Numbered from the stretch's first letter, positions 10,765-20,690 are shown. The stretch is DNA of 64,000 bases from Deltaproteobacteria bacterium (GCA_052390235.1 JBQTHB010000006.1:1-64000); one strand, 5' to 3'. The notes: generated from the letters alone by a model not told the origin. Program-made: numbers and translations.

Positions 10765-10938
10765 TTACGATTTTGTTCCCTGTTCTCCGCCATCTTTGGG
10801 GGTCGAATCTTTATCGCTCCCGCTGCAGGCAACGAGCTTGTCCGCCGCATCGCCGTCGCTGAGGGTTGCAAGATACGCCGCGGGGATTGCAGACGCCATG
10901 CCGAGGAAAACTACGAGCGTTACAAGAACCTTTCTCAT
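10765..10938 (-). CDS. Small (57 aa) putative secreted/membrane peptide, absent from the ORF track
   Basis: AAGGAG RBS 8 nt before ATG; MRKVLVTLVVFLGMASAIPAAYLATLSDGDAADKLVACSGSDKDSTPKDGGEQGTKS. Confidence 0.6.
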   Translation of the reverse strand: MRKVLVTLVVFLGMASAIPAAYLATLSDGDAADKLVACSGSDKDSTPKDGGEQGTKS

Positions 10939-11148
10939 TATTTCATCTCCTTGTATAGCGATTTGTCTAAATTATATACGTAAATTATAGCCAACTGAGA
11001 TTTTAGACGCAAACCCTTTTTCAGCCGCTAGAGAGAATCAGCTTATCCCGTTGCGGATGAGGGCGAGAATTCTTGACTGTCATCTGCCATTGGGTAGGGT
11101 TTATCGCCCGAATTTGACGGGGCTAAATCTACAAATTGAGAGGATTTT

Positions 11149-12252
11149 ATGGGACTTAAGTGCGGTATCGTCGGACTGCCCAACGTTGGGAAATCAACCC
11201 TCTTCAACGCCCTCACAAACGCCGGAGCGGAGGTCGGCAATTTCCCCTTCTGCACAATAGACCAGAACGTGGGCATTGTTCCCGTTCCCGACAAGAGGCT
11301 TGAGAGGGTTTCCGAGCTTGTAAAGCCCGCCAAAATTACTCCGGCTTTCTTGGAGATAGTGGACATTGCTGGGCTCGTAAAAGGGGCTTCGGAGGGCAAG
11401 GGCAAGGGCAACGCTTTTCTATCCAACATCCGCGAGGTGGAGCTAATACTCCACGCCGTGCGCTGTTTCGAGGATGAAAACGTGATGCACGTCGAGGGGG
11501 GCAATAACGCGCTCCGCGATATTCACATTATTGAAGACGAGCTTGTGCTAAAAGACCTCGAAGCCATAGAAAAGCGGGAGCAGAAGCTGATTTCGCAGTC
11601 GAGGAGCGGGGCTAAAGCCGTCAAAGAGGAACTCGACCTAATAAAAGCACTCAGGGAGTTCGTAGAGAACGGGGGCAAGGTTAAGAATTTCCCGATGCAG
11701 GCAGAACGGCGGCAGGAGATACTGGGAGAGCTGTTTCTGCTCACGGAGAAACCCGTGATTTATATCTGCAACGTCTCGGAGGACGATATCCCCGACGCGC
11801 CCAACAACGCAGAGGCGCAGAGGGTGCGGGAATACGCCGAAGCCGAGGGGGCGGAGGTTATCGTAGTATGCGCGAAGATTGAATCGGAAATTGCCGAGCT
11901 AAGCCCCGATGAAAAAAGGCTATTCCTCACGGAACTGGGGCTTGAAAGCTCAGGTCTCGATAAGCTGGTGAGGGCGGCGTACTCCAGGCTTGGTCTCGCT
12001 ACCTACTTCACCGCGGGACCGAAGGAAGCGAGGGCGTGGACCATCAAATCCGGCATGAAAGCCCCCGAGGCGGCTGGGGTTATCCACAGCGACTTCGAGC
12101 GGGGATTCATACGCGCCGAGACTATAAAATACGAAGATTACGTTCAATTCGGCTCGGAAGCGGCGGCAAGAGACGCAGGCAGAATGCGCTCCGAGGGGAA
12201 GGAATATACCGTTCAAGACGGCGATATTATGCTCTTTAGATTTAACGTTTAG
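11149..12252 (+). CDS. ychF: Redox-regulated ATPase YchF
   Basis: GLPNVGKSTLFN, FPFCTI, DIAGLVKGAS; TGS-like C-terminus ending FRFNV. Confidence 0.98.
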   Translation: MGLKCGIVGLPNVGKSTLFNALTNAGAEVGNFPFCTIDQNVGIVPVPDKRLERVSELVKPAKITPAFLEIVDIAGLVKGASEGKGKGNAFLSNIREVELILHAVRCFEDENVMHVEGGNNALRDIHIIEDELVLKDLEAIEKREQKLISQSRSGAKAVKEELDLIKALREFVENGGKVKNFPMQAERRQEILGELFLLTEKPVIYICNVSEDDIPDAPNNAEAQRVREYAEAEGAEVIVVCAKIESEIAELSPDEKRLFLTELGLESSGLDKLVRAAYSRLGLATYFTAGPKEARAWTIKSGMKAPEAAGVIHSDFERGFIRAETIKYEDYVQFGSEAAARDAGRMRSEGKEYTVQDGDIMLFRFNV

Positions 12253-12305
12253 ATAGGAGCGAGCCGGATAGACCAGCCCCACCGCTGAAGCGAACAAAAA
12301 ACGGC

Positions 12306-12362
12306 AGATTCCTCGCCGTCGGCTCGAGATGACATTTTCATCCTGAGCGGAGTCAAAGGGCG
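12306..12362. repeat. REP-like intergenic repeat pair
   Basis: AGATTCCTCGCCGTCGGCTCGAGATGACA followed by CATCCTGAGCGGAGTCAAAGGGCG (22/24 identical to 25895-25918). Confidence 0.6.
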
Positions 12363-12405
12363 AGAAGAGCAATCCCCTTCCGCCCTCGCTGACGCGAAAG
12401 ATAGT

Positions 12406-13065
12406 TTAGCTCTTTTTCCGTCTCACAAAAGCCAGCGCCCCCAAGAGCAGCAGAGCGCCGGGCTCCGGCGCGGCGGCGGCAACCGCTGTGGCATTGACCA
12501 AATAAATATTGAAAATAGACGACCCACCATTCGGCGGATATACCCCAATAGAGCTAAACCTGTACCCAGCCGAGGTCGCAATCCCGGTTGGAAGGAAATC
12601 CGGGTTGCTCTGTTGCCAATCAACACTATCATCAAAAACAGGAGAAACTCCGGTCGCCCCTATCCAGTAGGTCGTCGAGGCAAGAAGCGTAAACGGAGTC
12701 GCCGGAAGAAATACCACATCGCTTACCCCAAGACCGAATACCGGTACTATAAAACTCAACAGCGCGGGACCTACGGGACTCCCCCCGGCATCCCCGAAGA
12801 GGTCAACCTGAATCGTCGCATCAGCGTTGTTGCGATCTAGCCGAAGCGTAACAGAATCGAGCGAGTAGTCAGTCCCCGCAGGAAGGGTAAAACCCGCCGC
12901 CTTGGAGAATCCGCCCCCCAGAATGGCGATTGTTGAACCGTCAACGCTGTTCACAGCCGGGTAGTTGCTGATGATAACGACAGCCTCTGCCTGCCGCGCC
13001 GCAAATCCGAAAAGCGCGAAAAGAAAAACTAAGGCGGCTACCTTAACGCGGATAAAATTTGACAT
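12406..13065 (-). CDS. PEP-CTERM-type exosortase-target surface protein (choice-of-anchor R-like domain)
   Basis: Signal peptide ending AEA; C-terminal APEPGALLLLGALAFVRRKKS. Confidence 0.85.
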   Translation of the reverse strand: MSNFIRVKVAALVFLFALFGFAARQAEAVVIISNYPAVNSVDGSTIAILGGGFSKAAGFTLPAGTDYSLDSVTLRLDRNNADATIQVDLFGDAGGSPVGPALLSFIVPVFGLGVSDVVFLPATPFTLLASTTYWIGATGVSPVFDDSVDWQQSNPDFLPTGIATSAGYRFSSIGVYPPNGGSSIFNIYLVNATAVAAAAPEPGALLLLGALAFVRRKKS

Positions 13066-13078
13066 GATAAACACCCCC

Positions 13079-13128
13079 TAGAATGTATTTAATCTACATT
13101 CTACCCCCCCCCCCCCCGCTAAGGTCAA
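13079..13128 (-). promoter_or_regulatory. Promoter of the PEP-CTERM gene with a poly-G spacer and an overlapping palindrome
   Basis: TTGACC(13128-13123)-TTAGC-G14-TAGAAT(13103-13098); TAGAATGTA-N7-TACATTCTA inverted repeat at 13079-13103. Confidence 0.7.
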
Positions 13129-13215
13129 GAAGGCGATGCAATGCGGCGGATTTTGCCGCTCCTTCGCAACCCCGAACGGCAGTCAAACCCGCGTTTCAGG
13201 TAAAATTACGCGGCT

Positions 13216-14316
13216 ATGTACAAAGCTCTCATCCGCCCCGTTCTCGACAGGCTCGACTCCGAAACTTGGCACGATATAGCCCGCGAAGCCCTGAGCGCGG
13301 CGGAAGTGTCGCCCCTGACGCTTCGCGCGCTGGAATGGCTTGCCTGCAGCGGCAGACGCTTCGAGGATGAACGCCTGAGGGTAAATATAGGCGGAGTCGA
13401 ATTTGAAAACCCCCTCCTCGTCGGCGCGGGATGGGATAAAAAAGGGCGCGCCGTCCTAGCTCTCCGCCGGATAGGGTTCGCCGGAGTCGAGGTCGGCTCG
13501 GTCTTGGCGCATCCGCAGGCGGGAAACCCCAAGCCGAGGCAGTTTATGCTCGCCCCAGACGTCGCCCTAAACCGCCTAGGATTCAATAGCCCCGGGGCGG
13601 ACGGGGTATTGGCAAACCTCATCCGATACGCGGGCAGAGGGATTCCCATCGGCGTCAGTATAGGCAAAAATAGGGACGTTGAAGCCAAAGACGCCCCCGA
13701 AGCCCACGCCGTCGTGGCGAGACGACTCCAGGGGCAGGCGGCTTATTTCGCCATCAACGTAAGCTCGCCCAATACGCCGGGGCTGCGTCTGCTACAGGAC
13801 AAGAAGCCGCTTGGGGATATTGTCCGGGCTGTAATCGAGGCGATGGACTCAGGGGGCGCAAAAAAACCCGTGTTTGTCAAAATCGCGCCGGAGCTATCGA
13901 ATGAAGCCATTGACGACGTTATCGAGGTCGCTCTTGAGAACAACATCACGGGGATTATTGCCGTCAATACCACAGAAAGCCCGGCAATCAAGGCCAAATA
14001 CGGTGAGAGGTGGCGCGGCGAGCCAGGGGGCTTAAGCGGCGCGGATTCGGATTATCGCAAAATGGCGACAGAGAAAATCGCCTATATCCGCAGGCGCGCC
14101 GGAGCAACGCTCCAGATTATCGGCGTTGGCGGCGTCTCGGATACTAAATCTGCCCTTGAGAAAATCCGAGCCGGAGCGTCGCTTCTTCAAATCGTAACCG
14201 GCATCCGAGGCGAGGGAATCGGAGTGGCAAACAGCATAAACCGGGGCTTGGCGCGCTTTTTGGACAAAGAGCGAATCGCCAGTATCCAGGCGCTGGTCGG
14301 GGCTGACGTGAGATGA
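13216..14316 (+). CDS. pyrD: Quinone-dependent dihydroorotate dehydrogenase
   Basis: AGWDK, QAGNPKPR, NRLGFNS, INVSSPNTPGLR, GGLSG. Confidence 0.96.
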   Translation: MYKALIRPVLDRLDSETWHDIAREALSAAEVSPLTLRALEWLACSGRRFEDERLRVNIGGVEFENPLLVGAGWDKKGRAVLALRRIGFAGVEVGSVLAHPQAGNPKPRQFMLAPDVALNRLGFNSPGADGVLANLIRYAGRGIPIGVSIGKNRDVEAKDAPEAHAVVARRLQGQAAYFAINVSSPNTPGLRLLQDKKPLGDIVRAVIEAMDSGGAKKPVFVKIAPELSNEAIDDVIEVALENNITGIIAVNTTESPAIKAKYGERWRGEPGGLSGADSDYRKMATEKIAYIRRRAGATLQIIGVGGVSDTKSALEKIRAGASLLQIVTGIRGEGIGVANSINRGLARFLDKERIASIQALVGADVR

Positions 14317-14363
14317 CGCCGCTTCTTCTTGGCTCTGATTTTTTTGCGCGGCTCTGAGGCTTA

Positions 14364-15542
14364 TTAAGTCCTGTAGTGGGCGTTGATTTTGATATATTCC
14401 ATCGTGATGTCGCTTGCGATGACGAACGCGCTCCCGTTGCCGCCGTTGAGGTCTAGGGTGATGGTGAATTTCGGGTTTTTCAGTATGTAGTTTACCTCTC
14501 TCTCGTCCATTATCTCGACGCCATTCTCTACGATTTTATAATCGCCGAAATATAAATCCGCTTTATCGGGGTCGAATTTCACGCCGGCGCGTCCGGCGGC
14601 GGCAAGCACCCTGCCCCAGTTGGCGTCTTCGCCGTAGAGGGCGGTTTTCACGAGCAGAGACGAGCCCAGAGTGCGGGCAATTTTATCGGCTTCTCTGTCG
14701 GTTTTCGCCCCCCGGACGGTCATTTTCACGACCTTCGTTGCCCCTTCGCCGTCTTGGACTATCATCTCGGCAACCTCGGTGCATAAACCCACAAGGACGC
14801 GCTCAATCTCTCTGTAGGCGGGCGAGGCGGCGGTTACGGCTCTGTTTCCTGCTTTGCCGTTCGAGAGCATAAGCAGAGTGTCGTTGGTGGAGGTGTCGCC
14901 GTCAACGATGATTCTGTTAAACGAGGCGTCGGCCGCTTTTTTGAGGAGCTTTGCCTGAGCGCGAGGCTCGATTTTAATATCCGTGAGGATGAAGGCGAGC
15001 ATAGTTGCCATGTTCGGGGCTATCATCCCCGCGCCTTTGCCGATGAGGGCGATAGCGCCGAGCCTGCCGTCAACCTCTATTTGAGCTGATGCGGATTTCG
15101 GGAATTTATCCGTAGTCATAATGGCTTCGGCGGCGGCATCAAGCCCGTCGTCGCTGAGGGCGAGTACCGCGCTCGGCACAGCGCTTTTAATCTTTTCGAG
15201 GGGCAGCGGCACGCCAATCACTCCTGTCGAGGAGGGAATCACGAGGGACTCGTCAATATGCAGCCCTTCGGCAACAGCGAGCGCGGTTGCGATGGCGTCC
15301 TGCATTCCCCGCTCTCCGGTGCAGGCGTTGGCGTTTCCGCTGTTGATGACGACGGCTTGGCACAGACCCCCTTTAATACGCTCCATTCCAAGCAGAACCG
15401 GGGCGGCTTTTACGATATTGGTGGTGAAAACGCCGGATGCCACGGCCGGAGTCTCCGAAAATATGAGGGCTAAATCCTTTTTCCCATTCTTTTTTATCCC
15501 GCCCGATATTCCACAGCTGAGAAATCCCGCAACCTTGTGCAT
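14364..15542 (-). CDS. argJ: Ornithine acetyltransferase / N-acetylglutamate synthase
   Basis: NSGNANACTG, KGAGMIAPNMATML, DTSTND, DGEGATK, NAHYRT. Confidence 0.97.
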   Translation of the reverse strand: MHKVAGFLSCGISGGIKKNGKKDLALIFSETPAVASGVFTTNIVKAAPVLLGMERIKGGLCQAVVINSGNANACTGERGMQDAIATALAVAEGLHIDESLVIPSSTGVIGVPLPLEKIKSAVPSAVLALSDDGLDAAAEAIMTTDKFPKSASAQIEVDGRLGAIALIGKGAGMIAPNMATMLAFILTDIKIEPRAQAKLLKKAADASFNRIIVDGDTSTNDTLLMLSNGKAGNRAVTAASPAYREIERVLVGLCTEVAEMIVQDGEGATKVVKMTVRGAKTDREADKIARTLGSSLLVKTALYGEDANWGRVLAAAGRAGVKFDPDKADLYFGDYKIVENGVEIMDEREVNYILKNPKFTITLDLNGGNGSAFVIASDITMEYIKINAHYRT

Positions 15543-16261
15543 TAAATGAAATCCTCCAGAAATTTGGATGTTTTAAACTCCCTGCCCGTTTGATATTCGG
15601 TAAATTTGGTCAAAATACGGATATTCGCAATTAAATCCTCGGCGCAATCCCCGCCGCTCCACCTCGGATTCGCCGCGCCCCCTGCCGCGCACCCAAGGCA
15701 CAGAACCCCGCCCTGCCGAATATCGAATCCCCCGCCGCCCACATTTGCGCCGCACCTGAGGCAGGAGCTAATTTGAGGCTCATAGCCGCAGAGCGAGAGC
15801 ATCCGAAGATGAAATGAGAGTACCTCGCCGAGGACGCCGCCGCCGGAGCGGTTCAGCGCGGCGAAAGTGTCAGAGACGAGAGCAAACGCCTCGCCATTAG
15901 GCTCTTGGTCGGGAAGCAGAATTTCTACCGTCTCTAAGATGAAACTCCCCCAGAAAAAAAGGCTCACGCTCTCGGTTAACCTCGGAAAGGAGCGAACTAT
16001 CTCGGCGTCTTCGATGAATTTCATCCCCCCGTGCCTCGCGTTTATCTTGGCGCTTATCTGCAGAAATGGCTCAAGCCTGCCGCCGAAGCGTTTTCTGCTC
16101 CGCCTTGCGTTTTTTGCCAGAGCGCGGATTTTCCCCAAGTTCTCCGTGAAGAGCGAAATTATGTAATCAGCCTCGCCGTATTGAATTTTTCTGAGTACGA
16201 AAGCCTCGGTAATGTCCATTGAATCAGCATTAATTATGCCCGATAGCCCTCGCTCCGCCAT
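15542..16261 (-). CDS. recO: DNA repair protein RecO (start may be 16219)
   Basis: YGEADYI...GKIRALAKNARRSRKRFGGRLEPF OB-fold; CxxC...CxxC zinc finger. Confidence 0.92.
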   Translation of the reverse strand: MAERGLSGIINADSMDITEAFVLRKIQYGEADYIISLFTENLGKIRALAKNARRSRKRFGGRLEPFLQISAKINARHGGMKFIEDAEIVRSFPRLTESVSLFFWGSFILETVEILLPDQEPNGEAFALVSDTFAALNRSGGGVLGEVLSFHLRMLSLCGYEPQISSCLRCGANVGGGGFDIRQGGVLCLGCAAGGAANPRWSGGDCAEDLIANIRILTKFTEYQTGREFKTSKFLEDFI

Positions 16262-16284
16262 ACAGCGCGCTACGGGGAGGAAAG

Positions 16285-17637
16285 TTAAAAAATCATCGTA
16301 GCGATAAGTAGATACACAATTGAGCCGAACATATCATTTGTGAGCGTAACAAAGGGGCCCGAAGCCGCCGCAGGGTCAAATTTCATTCTATAGAGCAAGA
16401 GCGGAGCCGCCGCGCCGATAAAAGAGGTGGCTATCACGGCTGAGACCATCGAAACGAAAATGGCAATCGCGAGCTTCAGCGCCTCAGGCTCGCTCAAGCT
16501 GATAAGCGAGCCGAGCAGAGCCGCTCCCGAACCGCACAGAAGCCCCAAGATGACCCCCTCCTTGAGTTCCGAGACCAGTAGCCCCCATATCTCGGTAGCC
16601 TTAATTGTCCCCATGCCGATGCCCCTTACGATTATAGTCGTGGACTGAAGCCCCACGTTCCCGCCGGTAGCCATGATGGCGGGCATGAAGGCGGCAAGGA
16701 CGGCAACCTTCTCAAGCGTGGTTTTGAAGGCGTGAACTATCACAAAAGCGATTGCCAGTTCCCCCAAAAGCGTGAGAAAGAGCCAAGGTATTCTGAGCTT
16801 GACCCGCGAGAGCGTGGGGGTGTACATCGGGTGAATGTAATCGCCGACTCCGGCGAAGCGGTAAATATCCTCCGAAGCCTCCTCGGTGATAACGTCTAGG
16901 ACGTCGTCAGCCGTAATCCTGCCGAGGAGTCTGCCCTCTTCGTCCACGACGGGAAGAGATACGATGTCATATTTTTTGAAGATATTGGCGACCTCCTCTT
17001 GGTCAACGTAGGGGGTCGTCGTAACCGGCACAGGGTCAATAAGCTCTCCGACCTGAATCATTGGGTTCGCGAGAATTAGCTTCTTAAGCGACACCTCGCC
17101 TAGTAGCCTCTCCCCTTCGTCAGTAACGTAGATTTCATAGACATCCTCGACCTCGTCGGCAATGAGGCGAATCCAATTTATCGTGTCCCTCACGGTGGAT
17201 GTGCTTTGAATCTCCACAAGCTCGGTCTGCATGATGCCGCCGGCGGCATCGTCCGGGTATTTGAGGAGTTTTTCATATTCTATGGCGTCATCCGCGGGGA
17301 GGGTTGACAGAACCCTCTGGGCAACGTCGCGCGGGAGTTCCGAGATGAGGTCGGCGGCATCGTCGGAGTCCATCTGGCGGACAATAGCCGCAATTTTCTG
17401 ATAGCCGAGCCCAGCGAGAGCCTCCTGCCTCCTCTCCCCTTCTAGCTCCAATATGACCTCAGAGGCAGTGTCAGCGTCCAGCGCATCGAGGACTTTCGCG
17501 CCCTCCTCGGATACTAGCGAGTGGAGTAGGAATGCGATTTCCGACGGGTGTACTGAAGACAGAGCACTCTTAACCCCTTCGATGTTTCCTTGTTCAATAC
17601 TTTTTGAGATTTCCTCGGCTAGAGATTCGATTTCCAT
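16285..17637 (-). CDS. mgtE: Magnesium transporter MgtE
   Basis: MgtE N-domain, CBS pair, GGNVGLQS, DPAAASGPFVT; start reassigned to ATG 17637. Confidence 0.96.
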   Translation of the reverse strand: MEIESLAEEISKSIEQGNIEGVKSALSSVHPSEIAFLLHSLVSEEGAKVLDALDADTASEVILELEGERRQEALAGLGYQKIAAIVRQMDSDDAADLISELPRDVAQRVLSTLPADDAIEYEKLLKYPDDAAGGIMQTELVEIQSTSTVRDTINWIRLIADEVEDVYEIYVTDEGERLLGEVSLKKLILANPMIQVGELIDPVPVTTTPYVDQEEVANIFKKYDIVSLPVVDEEGRLLGRITADDVLDVITEEASEDIYRFAGVGDYIHPMYTPTLSRVKLRIPWLFLTLLGELAIAFVIVHAFKTTLEKVAVLAAFMPAIMATGGNVGLQSTTIIVRGIGMGTIKATEIWGLLVSELKEGVILGLLCGSGAALLGSLISLSEPEALKLAIAIFVSMVSAVIATSFIGAAAPLLLYRMKFDPAAASGPFVTLTNDMFGSIVYLLIATMIF

Positions 17638-17792
17638 GACCTTTCCCCTCGGCAAAAAACGGTATTGTATAAGAGAAAAGGCAAAAGTAAAGAATCTTAA
17701 CACGGAGCAAAACTCCGCCCGCCTGCCCTCTTTGCGCCGCCGCTGGGGAATCTCTGTATTTGCGCCGGAATCAGGTAAAATCCCCTCCCGTC

Positions 17793-18635
17793 ATGGGAAA
17801 GCTGAGAGCCTACGGGGACTTCATAAAAATTGAACACGCCCTTTTTTCGTTCCCGCTCATCCTCTCAGGGGCGTTCTGGGCGGCAGGCGGAGTTCCCAAT
17901 GTGAAACTGCTCGCCCTCATCCTCATCGCAGGATTCGGGGCTAGAGCCGCCGCGCTCGGCTTAAACAGGATAATTGACCGAAAGATTGACGTGAGAAACC
18001 CGCGCACCGCCTCGAGAGAGATGCCGTCTGGGAGAATGACGTTCGGCGAAGGGGCGGGGGTCGTTTCAGCGGGGATTTTGATATATCTGGCCGCCGCGTG
18101 GCTGATATGCGATTTAGCCCTTTACCTCTCGCCGATACCGCTTTTGGTGTTCACAGCGTACCCGTACATGAAGAGGTTTACTTGGATGTGCCATTTCGGC
18201 GTGGGTTTGGGGCTTGCCCTTGCCCCCGTGGGCGGGTGGGTCGCCGCCACTTGCTCGCTAGAGGGGATTCTCCCTGCTCTGCTCTTATCGCTATTCACAC
18301 TTTTTTGGGTCGCGGGGTTTGATATAATCTACGCCACTCTGGACGAGGAATTCGACAGCAGAGAGGGGGTGTTCTCAATGGTGTCGCGATTCGGCAGGGA
18401 CGCGGCGCTTCGGATTTCAGGAGGGCTGCACGCGCTTGCGTTTATGAGCCTTCTGGCGCTCTACATAGCTGAGGCTGGAGGGGTTTTTGCCGCTATTTTT
18501 TTAATAGCCACGGGGGCGCTTTTGTACCTGGAGCATGAGAGGTCGGGAGACGTGGATTTGGCGTTCTTTAAGATAAATATACTCGTCGGCTTCGGGGTTT
18601 TTCTTTTCACTCTCGCTTGGCTATACTTACCCTGA
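17793..18635 (+). CDS. ubiA: UbiA-like polyprenyltransferase of menaquinone synthesis (MqnP-type)
   Basis: KIEHALF, NRIIDRKIDVRNPRTASR, YPYMKRFT, FDIIYA. Confidence 0.9.
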   Translation: MGKLRAYGDFIKIEHALFSFPLILSGAFWAAGGVPNVKLLALILIAGFGARAAALGLNRIIDRKIDVRNPRTASREMPSGRMTFGEGAGVVSAGILIYLAAAWLICDLALYLSPIPLLVFTAYPYMKRFTWMCHFGVGLGLALAPVGGWVAATCSLEGILPALLLSLFTLFWVAGFDIIYATLDEEFDSREGVFSMVSRFGRDAALRISGGLHALAFMSLLALYIAEAGGVFAAIFLIATGALLYLEHERSGDVDLAFFKINILVGFGVFLFTLAWLYLP

Positions 18636-18636
18636 A

Positions 18637-19188
18637 ATGCGGACTATTCTAGGAATCACAGGCGCGTCAGGCGTCGCCTACGGGGTGAGCTTTCTTAGGC
18701 GATGCCCAGACGATAAATATCTAATTGTGAGCAAATGGGGGAGGCACGTCCTAAACGAGGAGCTTGGGCTTAAGGTCGAGGAGATAAGCCCTTGGGCAAA
18801 GCGCACTTTTTTGGACACCGACCTTGCCGCCCCGATTTCCTCCGGCAGCAACCACTTCGACTCTCTCGTCATAATGCCCTGCTCGGTCTCGACGCTAGGC
18901 AAAATTGCGGCAGGGATTTCGGACACCCTCATCACCAGAGTCGCCGCAGTAGCCCTCAAAGAGCGGCGCAGGCTCGTCATCGGACTCAGGGAAACCCCAC
19001 TTAGCTCCATTGCCCTTGAAAACGCCCTGAAACTCTCCCGCGAGGGGGCGATAATTATGCCAGTCTGCCCGCCCCACTACATGAGCGCGGACAGCGTAGG
19101 CGACCTCGTCGAGGCGTTCGTGGATAAGGCGCTCCAAGCCATCGGCGTTGACAGCGGCAGAGGGTGGCGGAGCGAAGAGCTTGAGTGA
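18637..19188 (+). CDS. ubiX: Flavin prenyltransferase UbiX
   Basis: GITGASG, APISSGS, PCS, LKERRRL..RETP. Confidence 0.95.
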   Translation: MRTILGITGASGVAYGVSFLRRCPDDKYLIVSKWGRHVLNEELGLKVEEISPWAKRTFLDTDLAAPISSGSNHFDSLVIMPCSVSTLGKIAAGISDTLITRVAAVALKERRRLVIGLRETPLSSIALENALKLSREGAIIMPVCPPHYMSADSVGDLVEAFVDKALQAIGVDSGRGWRSEELE

Positions 19189-19245
19189 TTGAAAATGAAA
19201 TCCTCTACGGGCAACAATCACCGATAGAAGAGAGTCCTCTCACGC

Positions 19246-20049
19246 CTACTCTCGCGGCTTTACAGCTTCTATGACGGCTGAAACAGCGAAGTCGGAAACC
19301 GGCTTCTGGGCAGACCACTGGCTGATGAAAGAGCGGCTCTCCACCTTAGGCGAGACTTTTATCTCTCGAAAGCCCGAATCGGCGAGAATCGTCTCAATTT
19401 CCGAAATCAACAACGCTCCGGCAACGCATCCGGTATGGAGGTCCGAATCAGAGCGAATTTCCTCCGGCATTGCGGCTATGGCTACAATATCCGATACGGC
19501 AATCCTCCCTCCCGGCTTTAGAACGCGATAGGCCTCCCGAAACACCTTGGGCTTATCCGGCGAGAGGTTAATCACACAGTTTGAGATAATCACATCAACC
19601 GACGAGTCAGCCACGGGCAGATTTTCTATCTCTCCAAGGCGGAATTCCACATTTAAATAGCCCCCCACTCGGGCGTTTCCTCTAGCCTTTGAAACCATTT
19701 CGGGGGTCATGTCAACCCCTATTACCCCGCCTAGCGCGCCGACCTGAGCAGATGCGAGGAAGCAGTCAAAACCCGCGCCGCTTCCGAGATCCAGTACCTT
19801 CTCGCCGGCTTTAAGGGCGGCTATAGCCTGAGGGTTGCCGCATCCAAGCCCTAGATTCGACCCCTGGGGAACGGACTCGATTTCCCATGAGCTGTAGCCC
19901 AGAGCCTTCGACGCCTCATCCGCTCCTGGTGTAGATTCACGGGAGCAGCAACTTGGGGCGCACCCGCAGCCATCGTCGCTTTTTACGGCAACACGGGCGT
20001 AACTCTCGCGCACGGCCTGCTTTATTTCATCCTGATTTAATTTGTTCAT
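19246..20049 (-). CDS. arsM: Arsenite S-adenosylmethionine methyltransferase
   Basis: Cys-rich N-terminus, [40 protein letters not shown] before ATG 20049. Confidence 0.93.
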   Translation of the reverse strand: MNKLNQDEIKQAVRESYARVAVKSDDGCGCAPSCCSRESTPGADEASKALGYSSWEIESVPQGSNLGLGCGNPQAIAALKAGEKVLDLGSGAGFDCFLASAQVGALGGVIGVDMTPEMVSKARGNARVGGYLNVEFRLGEIENLPVADSSVDVIISNCVINLSPDKPKVFREAYRVLKPGGRIAVSDIVAIAAMPEEIRSDSDLHTGCVAGALLISEIETILADSGFREIKVSPKVESRSFISQWSAQKPVSDFAVSAVIEAVKPRE

Positions 20050-20106
20050 TGAGCCTCCTGTGCGGGATGTGTGTGGGATAATTTCAACGTCTCCCCCCGC
20101 TTGATA

Positions 20107-20137
20107 ATATAGACGGGAGAGGGCAGAAAAAGACGCA
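20107..20137 (-). promoter_or_regulatory. Candidate ECF-sigma promoter upstream of arsM
   Basis: TGCGTCTTTTT-N11-CGTCTATAT just after the sigZ stop; CGTC is a typical ECF -10 core. Confidence 0.5.
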
Positions 20138-20144
20138 GTCAGCC

Positions 20145-20690
20145 TCAATCACACTCAACAGCGCACCCCCCGCCGCGCGGTTTATAGTCGGTAATTCCGC
20201 CGTCTGGGGCGGTTTCCACCTCGCAGCATCCTAGGAGCAGGCGTCGAAGTCTCTCCCTGCCGCGCTGAATTCTGGATTTTGCCCCGGATAGCGATATTCC
20301 CAATCGGAGGGCGACTTCTCTATGAGGCAGTCCCTCTAGCTCGGAAAGCGCAATAGGCGCTCTATACGCTTCGGGAAGATGCGAGATTAAAGGCTCTAGG
20401 CAGGCCGCGAGTTCCGCGGCGTAATCCCGCTCAACGTCCGGCGCGGGGAGGCGCTCGGGCAACTGCTCTGATGGTCTGCTGGAGCGGTAGTAGTCGGCAA
20501 CGGCGTTTGCAGTAACGCGGTAGAGCCACGAGGAGAGGCTTTCGCGGGATTTTAGCGTATCAATATTTTCAAGCGCTCTTAAGAATACATCTTGGAGAAT
20601 ATCCTCCACCGCATGCGCAGGAGCGCGTTTGGCGATATATCCGCGGAGGTTCAATCTGTAATTTTGCCAAATATCTTCTAGGTTTAACAC
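20145..20690 (-). CDS. sigZ: ECF sigma factor, SigZ-like, with Cys-rich C-terminus
   Basis: [14 protein letters not shown]...[14 protein letters not shown]; tail GCCEVE...GCAVECD. Confidence 0.88.
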   Translation of the reverse strand: MLNLEDIWQNYRLNLRGYIAKRAPAHAVEDILQDVFLRALENIDTLKSRESLSSWLYRVTANAVADYYRSSRPSEQLPERLPAPDVERDYAAELAACLEPLISHLPEAYRAPIALSELEGLPHREVALRLGISLSGAKSRIQRGRERLRRLLLGCCEVETAPDGGITDYKPRGGGCAVECD

